Shown here: in pieces, positions 1 through 13,158 of the stretch | Layout of the letters: each line of letters begins with the position of its first letter | How positions within the stretch are numbered: the stretch's first letter is position 1 | Assembly: GCA_904063045.1 (NCBI GenBank) | Contig: CAJFCJ010000012.1 | Location: 1,178,001 to 1,242,000, forward strand | DNA length: 64,000 nucleotides | Direction of reading: 5' to 3' | From: Dimorphilus gyrociliatus | Taxonomy: Eukaryota > Animalia > Annelida | Notes under the pieces: generated by a model | The model's database searches: none | Seen by the model: only the letters and a program-made list of their open reading frames with translations | What the model was told of the DNA's origin: nothing | Made by a program: the position numbers and the translations under genes

Positions 1-1141
1 TACCATTCTCTCCACTATCCTTATCAGAGATTAATAGCAGTACTATGTTTCTGTCAGTTTCCGAATTTTCTCTAATTCTTACATTTCTTCCGTTGAGAAG
101 ATTAACGTTAACTGCTGGCTCGTTATCATTAATGTCTAGAACATCGATAATAGCTTTACAATGGCCCTCGTACTTAACATTGCCTTCGTCTGTTACTATA
201 ACGTCCAAAAGTATTTGTTTGGGATGTAAACTCTCATAGTCTAATTCTTCGGAACCAATTCGAATATCGCCTGAGCTTTTATCGATCGTAAAGTATTGCT
301 GATTGTTAGAATGAGCTGCGAACGAATAGCTTATTTTTCCGTTATTTCCCTCGTCCTTATCCGTAGCGGATATAGTAAGTACTCTAGTTCCAGTTCGGCT
401 ATTTTCAAGTATTGAGGTCTTAAATTCAGCCTGTGTACATGTTGGGCTATTGTCGTTTACATCCGTTACTTCAATTTTCACTTCCGTTTCTCCGATATTC
501 CCCTGTGTATCTTCGGCTCTGAGTTTAAATGAGTAAGAATTCTGCTTTTCTCTGTCTAAATCTTGGACAATTTCCAAGTAGATTTCATTAACATTTTCTT
601 GGACAAATTTATAGCTGGACGGTAAATTGACAACTGAGTATTTTTGTACCCCGAAATCAGGACTATCTTCATCTATTGCGAGATCAAGTTTAATCCTGGA
701 TTTACTGTCTTCTGGCACAGATTTGCGAATAGGATTCCTTGCAAAAGTCGGTGCATTGTCATTTTGGTCGTCAATTTGTATTTCTAATGAAACCTTAGTA
801 AAGCGTTGAAGGGGCGTTATGTGTACGTCTAAATTAACTATACATTTGACGAGATTAGGGCAAAGCTTTTCCCTGTCTATAGCTTTTGCAGTTGACAGTA
901 TTCCACTACTATTGCCAACCTTGAATAATTCGGTAGGCTCTATGTCAAACTCGTAAGGGAAGCCCTTTTTTAAACTATATTGTAAAGTTCTATATACTTC
1001 ATTTTCCTTCCATTCGTCTCCCAAATACTGCCCAATATTTGTTAAATTAGGATAGTCTTGTTCCTCCATTATTGATAGTCGTACACCGTTCGAAGGTACA
1101 CGGTGCAACAGTAGTAAAAAAAGAATTAACTTGGCTGACAT
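1..1141 (-). CDS. Protocadherin, N-terminal part (signal peptide + EC1-EC3 and start of EC4); 3' end lies outside the window
   Basis: Hand translation from ATG at 1141: MSAKLILFLLLLHRVPSNG (signal peptide), IDREKLCPNLVKC (protocadherin-type EC1 Cys pair), DDQNDNAPTF, LDRE, DVNDNSPTC, LDYE, DINDNEPAV cadherin Ca-binding motifs. Frame stays open to the window edge, so the ORF track omits it. Polypyrimidine + CAG acceptor at 1185-1186 implies an upstream 5'UTR exon. Confidence 0.92.
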   Translation of the reverse strand, partial: MSAKLILFLLLLHRVPSNGVRLSIMEEQDYPNLTNIGQYLGDEWKENEVYRTLQYSLKKGFPYEFDIEPTELFKVGNSSGILSTAKAIDREKLCPNLVKCIVNLDVHITPLQRFTKVSLEIQIDDQNDNAPTFARNPIRKSVPEDSKSRIKLDLAIDEDSPDFGVQKYSVVNLPSSYKFVQENVNEIYLEIVQDLDREKQNSYSFKLRAEDTQGNIGETEVKIEVTDVNDNSPTCTQAEFKTSILENSRTGTRVLTISATDKDEGNNGKISYSFAAHSNNQQYFTIDKSSGDIRIGSEELDYESLHPKQILLDVIVTDEGNVKYEGHCKAIIDVLDINDNEPAVNVNLLNGRNVRIRENSETDRNIVLLLISDKDSGENG

Positions 1142-4100
1142 GTTGGAATGAAAGCTGTCTGGTTTTTAATTAAAGGTGATTTGTCTGCAAAAAGAGAAGA
1201 AAAAAGGGAAAATGTATACAGTTTTCGGATATAAATAAAAGAAAGAGTACTTAATCAATTTTTTTTTGATGAATGCAATACAAATGTATAAAATATGCAA
1301 TATAGTTCAGTATGGATAGTGTTATACACGTTAATATAAAACCTTATATATTCTCTCAGTAAAGCCTAGGCATCTGACCCTATAAATCCTGTCAGACATT
1401 GAGCTGAAGGTAATGTTATGTTTTAGAAAACGATGCCTCAGGTCTGTATAGTTTACTGTCTGATAGAGTGTCAGGTTTATATTTGTGTTATTCTTGCACG
1501 GCTAACGGAACGCTGTGGAATCTCTTTCTCATTCTACCTTTCTCCTTTCACTCTCATTATTTAAACAGTAATGCAAAATTATTAGATAAACCGTAACCTT
1601 TCTCATAGTTATAGTATCGCAATGTTATGCCATTTTACGACATATATACAAGATGAAATAAGTAAATTTCCTTGTATACTATAATCTTTGAATTCTTGTG
1701 GAAAGATAATAAACCCTTTGGAAGTTTTTTGAATTCTTCCGCTATGTTGTTTATTTATTAATAGTTTGTTATTTACTTTTTTATGAAGTAGTAATTTATT
1801 TAAATAAAAATGATTAATGGTTTTTATTTTCATTTTGTAACACTATTAGGGGTGAAAGGTGTAAGCTTTCATCAAGAATTCTCTTCTATTTTTCGGTTGA
1901 GTAAAAAAGAGAAGAGGAAAAGGTGGAGGTTTCTATTCAAATTACATAGGAGAGGGAAAGAAAATTCTGTAATATCTAATAACTACTAAGACACTCCTAT
2001 ATAATAGTATATATAACTAGCGTAACGATGTAAATGTATAGCCTATTATTATCAGATTGAAATCGCAGTCGAACAATTGCATATTTGTCATTTTCTACTC
2101 TTCTACTCTTTTTTCAACATATTTTCGTTGAAAAAAAAATCAATAGCTCGAAGAGGAGAAGAGATTTTCCTTTCGTTAAAACTCTTCAGACACTTAGCTA
2201 CCTGCAGTTACAGGTAAACAAAAGGTCAGATGTCAAAGTAATCAAAGGTAAATCTGATCGGACAAAGATTAGTTCAGCCCCCATATAATTTATAGATCTG
2301 TTTATGGCTGTCTCTTTTCTTCATATATCTATTCTTCTCTCTTTGCCCTATTCAACAGGTTGGCCATAATCAACATTCGAAGAAGTTCTTTTAATAATCG
2401 AATTATATAGAATACAAATTGGAAACGGGAATTGAATTTTGGCGATTTGTTTGCACTAATACTAGAAAGAAAAGAAAGTTTATATAAAACGCATTGCTTC
2501 TCCTAATTGCCTATCATACCCTAGTGACTAATGAATGATTGGCGTGCGCCTACTTCTTCCTTTTTTCCTATTAATCGTTCTATCTAAAATAAACCAAAAC
2601 ACTCCAATCTGCCAAACTCTTACGTAAGCCTAATCACAGGGCTCAAAAAAACACGTGACTGGTGTTTCGATATGATCCCATTGTTCATTGATATTCTAAA
2701 TATACTCTATTTGTATCTACAAATACATATATATAAATTTATATATATATATACTGTATATATACTGTACCAGATTTTGGTGGAAGCACAATTGCCCTTT
2801 CCCACAATAATCAGGCTATATTCAGGGATATATGACAAGAGAAGAATGGAAATCTCATGTAGAATTTCACGGTTTTGCATATATATACTCTTTCTTTTCG
2901 TTTTAATATTCTATCCTGGTATATAAATACAATATACATACTTTAGATACAGAGATATATAAACAGTATATATATATATACACACTTGTATATTCAATAT
3001 TAAATAAAAAATAGCTTTTTTAATAACTAATATGAATAATATATCTTTATAGTACAACTTAAACTTTGCACCCTCTTTAATACTGTAGCGTCTTGTTCGC
3101 AATCAAAGTTTGATAATCAACCGCAAATATTCAAACAGCTTCCTACGCTGCACGCTACCGCACGCTAGAATTCAATTAAATATTAGGCGGTAAAATCTTT
3201 TGAAGATTTTTCTTTCATTCACAAACGAAAAATAAACTAATGTAAAGAAAATGTACTAATAGAGATAAACAAGTAGAAAGCTATTTAAAAATAGTTCTAC
3301 CTTAAAAACAACAGAGATAACTAGATAAAAATTTGTGAGGACATAAAGTAAAGAAAAGTGAGAAGAAGAGATATATTGTCAGGGATAGAAGAGGAAAGTA
3401 TTCTCTCTTGTTATTCAGGTAATAAATAAGTAAATATATATGCATATGAAAGTAAATAATAAAAGGAGAGGGGGAAAAAAGACAATAGCAGTGTAAATAT
3501 AAATAAACTCTACCTTTCTTTTATGTAAAATGTATCAATTCGAAAAAATACTTTGGATGAAATCTAATCCGTTAGTCACATGTTGCGCGTGAGAGTATTT
3601 GTTGCGTACTGCCACCGATCCCCTTTACGGCAGTTTCCGAAAAAAAAAGTGTGTGTACTAATAGTCACGTGGTCCAGAGAAGCGCGTAGGCGATTGGTCG
3701 ATTGTTTACCCAATGCGTTTTGATCGTTTCAGCTATTACTATACAATTGTCGAAATCGTTCTTTTTCCTTTTTTATTATTATTATTTTTATATTACTTTG
3801 CTATATTTTTTTTATTTATTGCTTGACTTTTGTTTCTTCGAATTCTTATTCTGGCTATTCCCCTATCTAGGGAATGAATTGAGGGAGTTGTTGGGAGGGG
3901 GAAATAACCGGAATAGGCCTATGGAAAAGGCGTTAGAAAAAGACACGAATTGTTATGGGAGCGAAGGGTTAATTCTCATGACAGTAGTCATTTAGAGTCC
4001 GGCTTATTACATCGGTTCTATTGACATTTTTTATTCGATTTTGTTTGCTACCCACTAGAGCTTTTGAAAACGGTGCTTTTTGATGTCGAAGAAACCGTTT

Positions 4101-5611
4101 TTGGCTAGTTTACTTAAAGCGTAACGTTTAATTGGTGATCTACAGAGATCGAGTACGCATTTTGTACATTTTTGTTCTAAACTTCCAAATATGCAGTTTT
4201 TAATGAAGCATCTTTTTTATTTTACTTTCTACCGATACATCCGTCTATTATGCCCTCAGCCTATATTACCCAAGCCTTTTGACTTTGACGTAAAGTGCGT
4301 GCCGGGTGCTACTTCCGACTACATTGCATCCTAGTTGCTTTTGTACTTTTGGCCTAGAGTTTTCATCATAAAATTTCGTATGAAACTAACTAGACGGCGT
4401 TTTAATCGATTAATAACAATAGATTAAGAAAGTAAACAGTACAAGTTGTTCTTTTTTCTGGCTGTATTTATTTTTTTATTGTTTTTTTTATTCCCATTGT
4501 TGATTAGAGATTTGAACAGGTACGACGCCAAAAAGTTGGGACGTTTCCTTTGTCGGCATGAAATACCGCTTTGTAATTATACTCGAGGAAAATCGGCTAT
4601 TGGCGCCCTTGTTAAAAATCGTTTTTAATGACCCATTGCCGATCCATCTGCTTTGTCGAGGATTCCTGCTGCGGTCGAACGTCAGATGGTTCTTAGTAAT
4701 CGGTAGACAATAAAGAAAGACGAACGGCACAAGACATTATAATTCAACGTAATTCTGTTTCTTTTCACACGCTACAACAATATGAATTATTTATTAGTCA
4801 CAGCTTCTAGACCACATTATATTCTGAACAAGGGTGTTGAAACTATTCAGGCCTATTTTCGGTACGAACCTATTAAACGGGTCATAACACAAAAGCTCAT
4901 GACTAGATAAATAAAGAATGTGGCAATTTCAATACGGGCTTTTGTGTATTCAACGGTAATTAGTATTCATAGATCGGTTATTGTCGATCTTATTTGCTTT
5001 AAAGTTTTTTAATTAGATTTACTGTTATTCCTGTATTAAATTCAAGTACTCTTACAGGCGTTAGAAAGAAACGAATCAGACGGTGAGCTGTTTGACACAT
5101 TGATTATTTAATGATTGATTAGATAATAAGCATTGACTTCATGTTTGTGATTAGTAGGGTCTAAATCTTCTTCATTAATTGACTGTAGGTAAATTTACCT
5201 TAGAACTCTATGTAGTTATTTATCGGCTGATTATACGGATATTATAATATCTAAATTGAAGTCTACTGTTCATTTATAGAGGCACTGGACAGGCATATAA
5301 TTAAGAACGGTGCCTGTAGGATTTAACCTTTTAATCCTACTACTATTTAAAAGATAGGCGATAAATGGTTAGACTTTGTAGACAACAAAAACTTCAGCAT
5401 TTCTCCTTAATTAGAGGGAACGTGTCATCTTTACACGCGTATGCTTATGTAAGATTACGTAAAGCGAGCATTCGCTGCAGTCAGCTGCAGTACTGCAATT
5501 GCAGTTCGAGCGATTAAGTGTTCTCGTCTCACTCGGTAAGCGAGTTCGAGTGCTTTTTCTATATAAAGGCCGGAACGAAACGAAGAATTCCTTTTTTTAT
5601 TTGTTTCTTTC

Positions 5612-5658
<47 letters not shown>
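5612..5658. repeat. (GTCT)n/(CT)n microsatellite
   Basis: Directly visible; explains spurious ORFs 5455..5697 and 5499..5987. Confidence 0.9.
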
Positions 5659-8600
5659 AGTCAAGTTTTTCTGTCTCTCTAATTCCCTCTCTCTCATTCA
5701 CTCACCCCTCCCCTTTCTTTTTATTCTATTTTTATTCTTCTAGTCTCTCTTTTTCCGGTTTATCATTTTCCGGATCGGAAGAACGGTTGAAAGACTATTC
5801 TGAACAGAAAATCTTCTTTATCTGTTTAATCTGGATGAAACGCTATACGGTTCTAATGTCCAACGATTTGTCGCAAGAAAGCACTGGCGGTTTTGTTCTG
5901 TTTGTATTTCGCGTACAGGATTTCATTTATCGAAGAACGAATATTTTGCCCTTTTCCTTTCAATTGTTCAATTTGGAAATTTTATAAAACCCGCAATAGC
6001 CACCGATTCTGTAATGCTACTTGAACTTTGCTACAGTTTTATAGAATCGAATCCCCCGCTGCGATCAGTACGCCATTTCGAACGCGTTCAGGATTAAAAG
6101 AGATAATCCTGCCCGCTTGAGATGACAAACCATAGGGACTGACGTTGATTTAATTGTTCGTCAAATGTTTTGAAAAGGTGCTAATGAAATAAATGTGTGT
6201 TGAAATAGTTACGTAATTTTCTTTCTTGAAAATAAAAAAAAAATCTCCTGCCAAATCTACCATTACGTGATGTAATGAAGAGATTAAATGCAACGTATTG
6301 GTTGGTGTAGAGAAAAATAAAGAATTTTCACATAGACCCTGTCTATCTTCCTCTTCTTTTCTCTTTTGTTTACTTCTCATTACCAGCAGCTGTCGACCCT
6401 TTACCGCCACCTTTCCTCTGTCGATTTGAACAGTTTCGATTGCCAACCAAGTGGCGAAAGTTTGTTATAGAAATAATTAGTCTTACATGTTCTATTCGCA
6501 TAAATTAGCATTAACACAAGGAATTCCTTGAACGTGTTCCTTACAATAAAAAACATGCGCGTTCCTCGCGTTCCGTATGCCCGATATGTCAATAAAAGGT
6601 TTGTTCATACTTGCTAATTCACTAGTAGATCAGTTTATACTTAGTTCGTACTGAAATGGTACAAGTAGTAGTCCTATATACCATTCCTAAAAGTACAAAG
6701 TTTATTGGAATTATAGCGAATTAAAGTGAAAAAAAATAGTGGGGCAATAAAAAAGTTTAAAAAGAGACGGAAAAAAGGAGAGAAAGGAATAAAAAAAACA
6801 AATATAAATAAAACAGAAAAGAAAATATGGTGGAAAATTTCCCAATTTTATCATGATACAATTTTCAAGTTGCTTTCTTTGTTTATCTTATTGATAAGGC
6901 GGAAAAGAAAAGTTGAAATCCTCTCTTTATATACGAGACGTTCGTGATTTAGGATAGTTCTGATGAAACTTTTCTTATTCGCTGCGGGTGGAATTGTAAG
7001 CTAATCGAAGAGAAATTAGTACGTTGTAATAGATGATAGTATCTGACAAGTATTGTGCTATTGATTTACAAACTTTCCAAAGTGAAACTGCCTTTATTAC
7101 CTCGCCGCGGGAAAGCAGGCTCACCAGCTGTTTCGAATATTGAGATGGCGCTAAAAACATTCGAATTTTAATTCGGTTTGACGCCTCTATACGAATAAAA
7201 ATATAGGGACGCTTTTTTGGTGAACGCCGATCAAAGATTCTTCAAAACAGTGGAACGCACTTAGCGAAATTATGACGTAATGTGATGTCATAAAAGGCAC
7301 GTGGCAGTCTTGTGATGAATTGACGATGAAGGGAACGCCGATACTTGGTCGGGAACCGTCAAAACAGCGAACAACGTTCATCTTCAGATGTTAGCGGAAT
7401 GATAAAAGCGACGCGTGCCAGGTGTTGTGAAGATGGTGTTCAGGCGAGATTTCAGGCGTCCTGTCGAGATTTTAGCTGGTTTTTGTTCATGTTGTGCATG
7501 CTCCCTAATTTAACCTTCTTTTTCCAACATCTGCTGCATTGTTTCAAATTAAAAACAGAGCCGTTTAACTAACTTTCTCTCTCTTTCGAAAATCTTTTGT
7601 TAATTCCAAACATACCGCCAGATGAAGTTAGTTTTGAGAAGCTAAAGCTTGTTGACCACTCTTGCGCCATCTATCGACGCAATTTCATCAAAGATAAGAA
7701 AAAACATGCAATTATTTAGGAAAATATATGTAAAATTGATAATTAATAATCCGAGAGTTCGTCTTGTAGTATATCGTTTGTTTGCATATATATATATATA
7801 CTATTATATACTCACACAGACAAACATACAAACACACACGCACAGTGTCACAGATTGATGTATCATATAATATTAAATATTTATTAATGATGGGAATAAA
7901 TTTGCGATAACTATAGCGTTAGCGAACAACTGAATTATTACCAGAAAAAGGAAGAAGACGCAATTAACCTTTCCTGATTTATTCTCATCTTACTTCATAT
8001 TTGAAAGATACAGAATTTTTATTCCTGGATAAATGTGAATATAATTTATCTTCGCTATTGGCAAGGATTTCAAATACTTCATTACAGCTTCTAAAATCCA
8101 CTGATGCCCGAATAGTCTTCCTCTTAAAGGAAGTTAGTGAAGCTACCATGTCCGTAACACCTCTTTGAAGAAGTCTTTTTTTATCTTAAGGCCAGCTAAT
8201 AATAAGCATATCCGTCAGGGTTATCAAGATTAATTTTTTTCACCTGTAGCTAAGATTTGGTATGCGATAGACAATCGTAAGTTGTATCGTGACAAAGACA
8301 TACTTACATTTAAGCTTCCTTAATATATCTTTTTATTAAAGCATGCTTTGGGGCTTTTCTTATAGTTCTTTCTATTCCTGATAAGGGTAATTAGTTCGTA
8401 ACTTTTCTGACAAAACCTTCAACTTTGTTTCTGGTGTTAAAACTATTCCCTCACATATTTTATTATCGTAATGCAATATTCATCTTGATTACCTAAAATT
8501 CTGGATACTACAGCATTTAGGGACTATATTTCTGTCAGATCTTCCACCTTCTGCCATAGCTGAAAATATCACCTCTTCAGTGAACTTTACTCCATTCATC

Positions 8601-11600
8601 ATTTTCCACAAACGTATAACCTTATCAATAAATAGTTATATCATTGTAAACAAAAGACATCTTTGTACTTTAAGGTAGTTTTATTGTCTGTAATAGAAAT
8701 CAATAATTCAGTTATCCTTCACCAACAAAAACAATTTATTTTATGCGGCCACAGTTTTCCCACCATTACATTATGTATAGTAACTATCTATTAAGATGAC
8801 ACAGAATAAATCGTATATTGATCTTATGGTATGGATATAAATCTAATAGATTCATATATATCATATATACATAGTACATAAATATAATCTTTTGTTAATG
8901 TATAACCTATAAGTACTATAAATCTTTAAAATCTCATTTAATGAATTGTAAACACCAGAAATAGGTTATCTGTACTGTATATACATGCACATTAAAAGAA
9001 CTGAATCAGTTGAGAATCTTTCATTGGATAAGCTATCTTTTATTATCATTTAATCCTGATTTTTGCTGATCCATACTTTGAAGTAAATAAAAACAGAGAG
9101 AAGAAAAACAAGAGATGAAGGAGAGATAAAGTAATTTTCTGTTGCAATTTTAAATACACATTTAAAACTCTTATTGCCACCACCAATCCACTGATTAGGT
9201 TACTAAATTTACACGATCTATTTAAACTAAGTCCCTTGTTTTTTGCATAAACAAATTCTGTTGCAAACTAACATGAATTAAAATTGAAGAAGAATATATC
9301 CCTCGAAAGTGTTTGATCTGTTAAAGGAACTTACAGGTTAAACTCTCTAGATTATACATTCAAAGTTTGGTTAATTATCTAGTATTCTAGTCCTCAGTAT
9401 AGTCTTTTTAAACGTAGCCTATAGAGAGAAAAGCAATTCGTGACAAAATTTTGTTATCGGATTCAGTTTATCGTATATGTAAAGAAATCGTCATAACGGA
9501 AGGAATATTCACTATTCTTTATGTAATAATTAGATAAAATAGTTGAAGGACTTCTGCTTCTCTTTCTCAAGCTACTACTTGTTTACTTTAATATTGTGTG
9601 CTGTTTGGACTTGTTAAAGTATAAATGCATTTGTTTATTAACCAATTTTTTAAAGTCTTTTTGTAATGAATATCTCTGATAATGTAATATAACAAAACGA
9701 AAAAAAATATCATGTGTTTGTTACAGAAAAGTTTTCAGATTTCAAAGGATCTGAGCGTCCTTTCACGTTTGGTATGAAAATTGAATCAGACCTGAAACAT
9801 ACCTGCTGGTAACGCTTATTACTTTAGAGTAAACTTGATTTATCTATTACAGAAACTTTCATATACGAGAAATATTTCTATCACTCCTGAAAATGCTTCT
9901 CGAATAAGAGAAGAGTAGACAATTTCATAGGGAAAACAATAACTAGTGCCACTCCGAACGTGATAAAACAAAGAATTTTTAAATATGGAAAAAGCGATAT
10001 TTAATCTATTAACATCATTATATTTTTATATATAACTTTTCTATAGAAATGGTATTTTTTGTTAATTATTTAATGGAACAACCAGATATTCAGTATCTAT
10101 TGTTCAATCACTAAAACAAATAACAACAAATAGATAACATAAAAGATTCATAAGAAATAGAAGATATTGACGCTGCTGATTTTGACCCTTTTTATATTTA
10201 AAAATTAGTTTAGTTATCCCAAAATACAGGCGATGATGGATTAAGAACACTAAAATTATTTGTTCTTACTGGATATGTAAACGTAAATGTTATATAAACT
10301 AAGGGAAGAAAAAGACGATTTACAGGATCATTATAATTAATTTCTGCAAAAAGAAACACGAACATATACGTAATTAATCTCATATTATCTTTGTATACTT
10401 ATATACAGTACATATATATATATACTGTATTTATATACATTGTAAAAATAACATGTATAATTACATGTTTGACATAAATATACAGTACAATATGTATTAA
10501 AAATAGAAACGTCTGGATGGAATTTAATCCATCTTCTCAAGCTCTACTTAAATGAATTAAAAGCTATAGTCACCAATAAAATGACTAAAAATATCGATTT
10601 GTGTTTCAAATAAACACTTTCACATTGCTTAATCTGGACTCTCTTACATAGCTAAATGGGCAAAAAAACTTACAATAATCATTTTTATTACATGTATCAT
10701 TTTCTTTGAAAAGAAAGAGAAGATTAATTTGATTTTCGTCCTGACTATAATATCCGTTAAAATACGAAACTCCTCTTTGAGTTCTTCTAAACTCTATTTA
10801 ATTAGTAAAAAAATAGTTTGGAATCAGGATAAAACAACTTATTGCTTAAGGTTTTGTCCTAGTTACAGGAAATTAACGCTATTTGGGACACTTTGGGAAT
10901 AAACTCTTGAAAAATATGTGATAAGTACTTGTAATTGTCATTGTGCTAAAAGAAATATTGTATTTTCCCTAGTTGACAAATCCATTTTGTCGTTTTAATA
11001 ATTTTGTTATATTTTAAAAGATGTTTAATCCGATTTTATTGAATTGATTATTCAGGACTTTTATATAAAATAAATTTTTACATGTCTTATTAGCTAAGAA
11101 TAGCAACAAAGTGTATCTTCTCTCATTGGCATCGTCTTTGATTATTTTGCAGCGATGTATAGACAAATTAGTTGTAGTACCTTTTCTACAGCATGTTTGT
11201 AGAAACCGGAAAAGTCTAAGGTCGTAAATAGACGTCAATCATAAGTTAGCATGTCAGAAAATTTCTTGTTAATCTATATTTTTCTGCTCCGCAATTCATA
11301 TTCATAAATTCTTTTTGACTAGATATAGCCTGAAAGTTTACTTACGCTGATTACTATTGAATCATTCGGAACTTCAAAAAGGAAAGCTTTACCAGAAGAT
11401 ACTAGAGCAAAGTATCTGTGAAGATTGTTCTCTTTATATGCAACGGTACCCGTGTGCCATAAGCTTATTTTTTGGCTTTGAGATTACTACTTAATTAGCC
11501 TAAAATATTAATCTGCCTGTAGTTTTAAATAGAGAATGATACATTTGAGAGGTAAAGTTCTATATTATATGAACATAAACATTATTAAATGTTTCTTTTT

Positions 11601-13158
11601 ATGAAAATTATTTGAAATTCATGCATCAGTATATTAAAAAATTTTGGTTTAAATCCAAGTAGCAAGTTCCTCTTTTGACTACACGTATAATTTAAAATTT
11701 TTACAATATGTCTCATTTATTTTCACGCTATCTCCTAATCAAAATAACACCAGAGGAAATATTTTCAGAATTAAGTCTGTTTCATCTCACTTTGCAGTAA
11801 AATCCTATTAATTACGCCTCATCCTATTCCCTACGTTAAAGAGAAATAGTAACTTCCTTTCTATTCAGAACGATTTCAATTTTTCTCTCTACGAAAAAAA
11901 TCAATGGTCTCTTTTAAATTGTATTCTTAAATATTATTAACAATATGAAATTCCAAATCTTACTGTATTTCATTAGCGAGATAAAAAATGATAAATAAGT
12001 TAACTAGAAATGCAAATAAATTGATTGTATTTGTTCTTTAGACAGAGCTTTTCTTTACTAGTAGTAGTTCATTGGGTTTAAGAATAGCTAATTTTAGACA
12101 ATATTTTTAAGATTAACGAGGAGAAAATTTGAAAAATGCCAAAATTTTGGAGACAGAGATGGTTTTTGGTCGATTTTTTTCTCTTTGGAGTAATATATCA
12201 ATATATAGTTTCGTTGAGTAGGCTGATAATGGAAGAGAGAGAGAGAGACAGAAAATAGATAAAGTAGAAACAGAAAAATAACAACTAATTCTGTGGATAA
12301 AAATTTTCTATAACAATTAAATAAAATATTAATGTATTTATAAAGAAAATCAGTGAAAGAAAAAGAAAATTTGTAGTATAGATAATCCTGGTTCTATGCC
12401 TAGATGCAGGGCTACTGAACGCAAACCATGGCCTAAGCCGTTTAATCGATATTACCTTTAGTAGATACTGTTTTCTCTGACAATTCAGGCAGCCTACTAA
12501 AACACTTTTATAATTTATTTTCTGATTAACACTGCTGCCCGATCACATGACTTTGGGTAGATCTAGAACCAAATATATATAAAACATGTGAAATAAATCT
12601 ATATACTGCATTTTTTTATGTAAAAATGAAATTTTTATTTGTAAAATTTTAACTGTAACAGTCTAAAAAACATTCTATTAATTTATTTATATTAAAATTA
12701 AATTGCTGTTTTTACCAAGGCGTCACTTCAATTTTGACAACAAAAGTTAGACCTTTATCAAACAAAGCCCTCAGGTGTACTGATATGGTAATTATTTTTT
12801 TCAAGGACACAATAATTTCTCTTACAGTTGGTAAACAAAATGGCGATGGCACAGGAAATGTAGATAGGTAAAAGAAATTGTAACAACTTCTTTTGTCTTA
12901 CACTCAAGACATCTTATTCTCTATCGAGTCGTCCATCTTCTCTGTAGGATCTGGCCTTTCAGGAATACTGTCCAGCGTATCGTAATATAATGAATATTTT
13001 TAAATTAAGGATTGTACTTTATTTTTTAATAATTTCGTTTCTCTGATTTTGTGACTCAGCTTTTAAATTAATAAACAAGCATAGGAGCCGTCCATCGACG
13101 TGTTTGTGGATATTGTTTCGATTTTTGTGTTTGGTTGTGAGTGTTGGATATATAAAGT

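Noticed and set aside
5465-5510. Cluster of short palindromes (CTGCAG, ACTGCAATTGCAGT)
   Set aside because: Too short and irregular for a CRISPR array, tRNA or defined ncRNA.
5455-5987. ORFs of 80 and 162 aa (ERERER / LSLSLS)
   Set aside because: Translations of a CT/GA microsatellite.
8040-11480. Possible minus-strand protein gene from exon-like pieces (8493-8620, 8308-8377, about 11346-11460)
   Set aside because: Could not be joined into a sustained, recognisable ORF; stops or phase conflicts at junctions.
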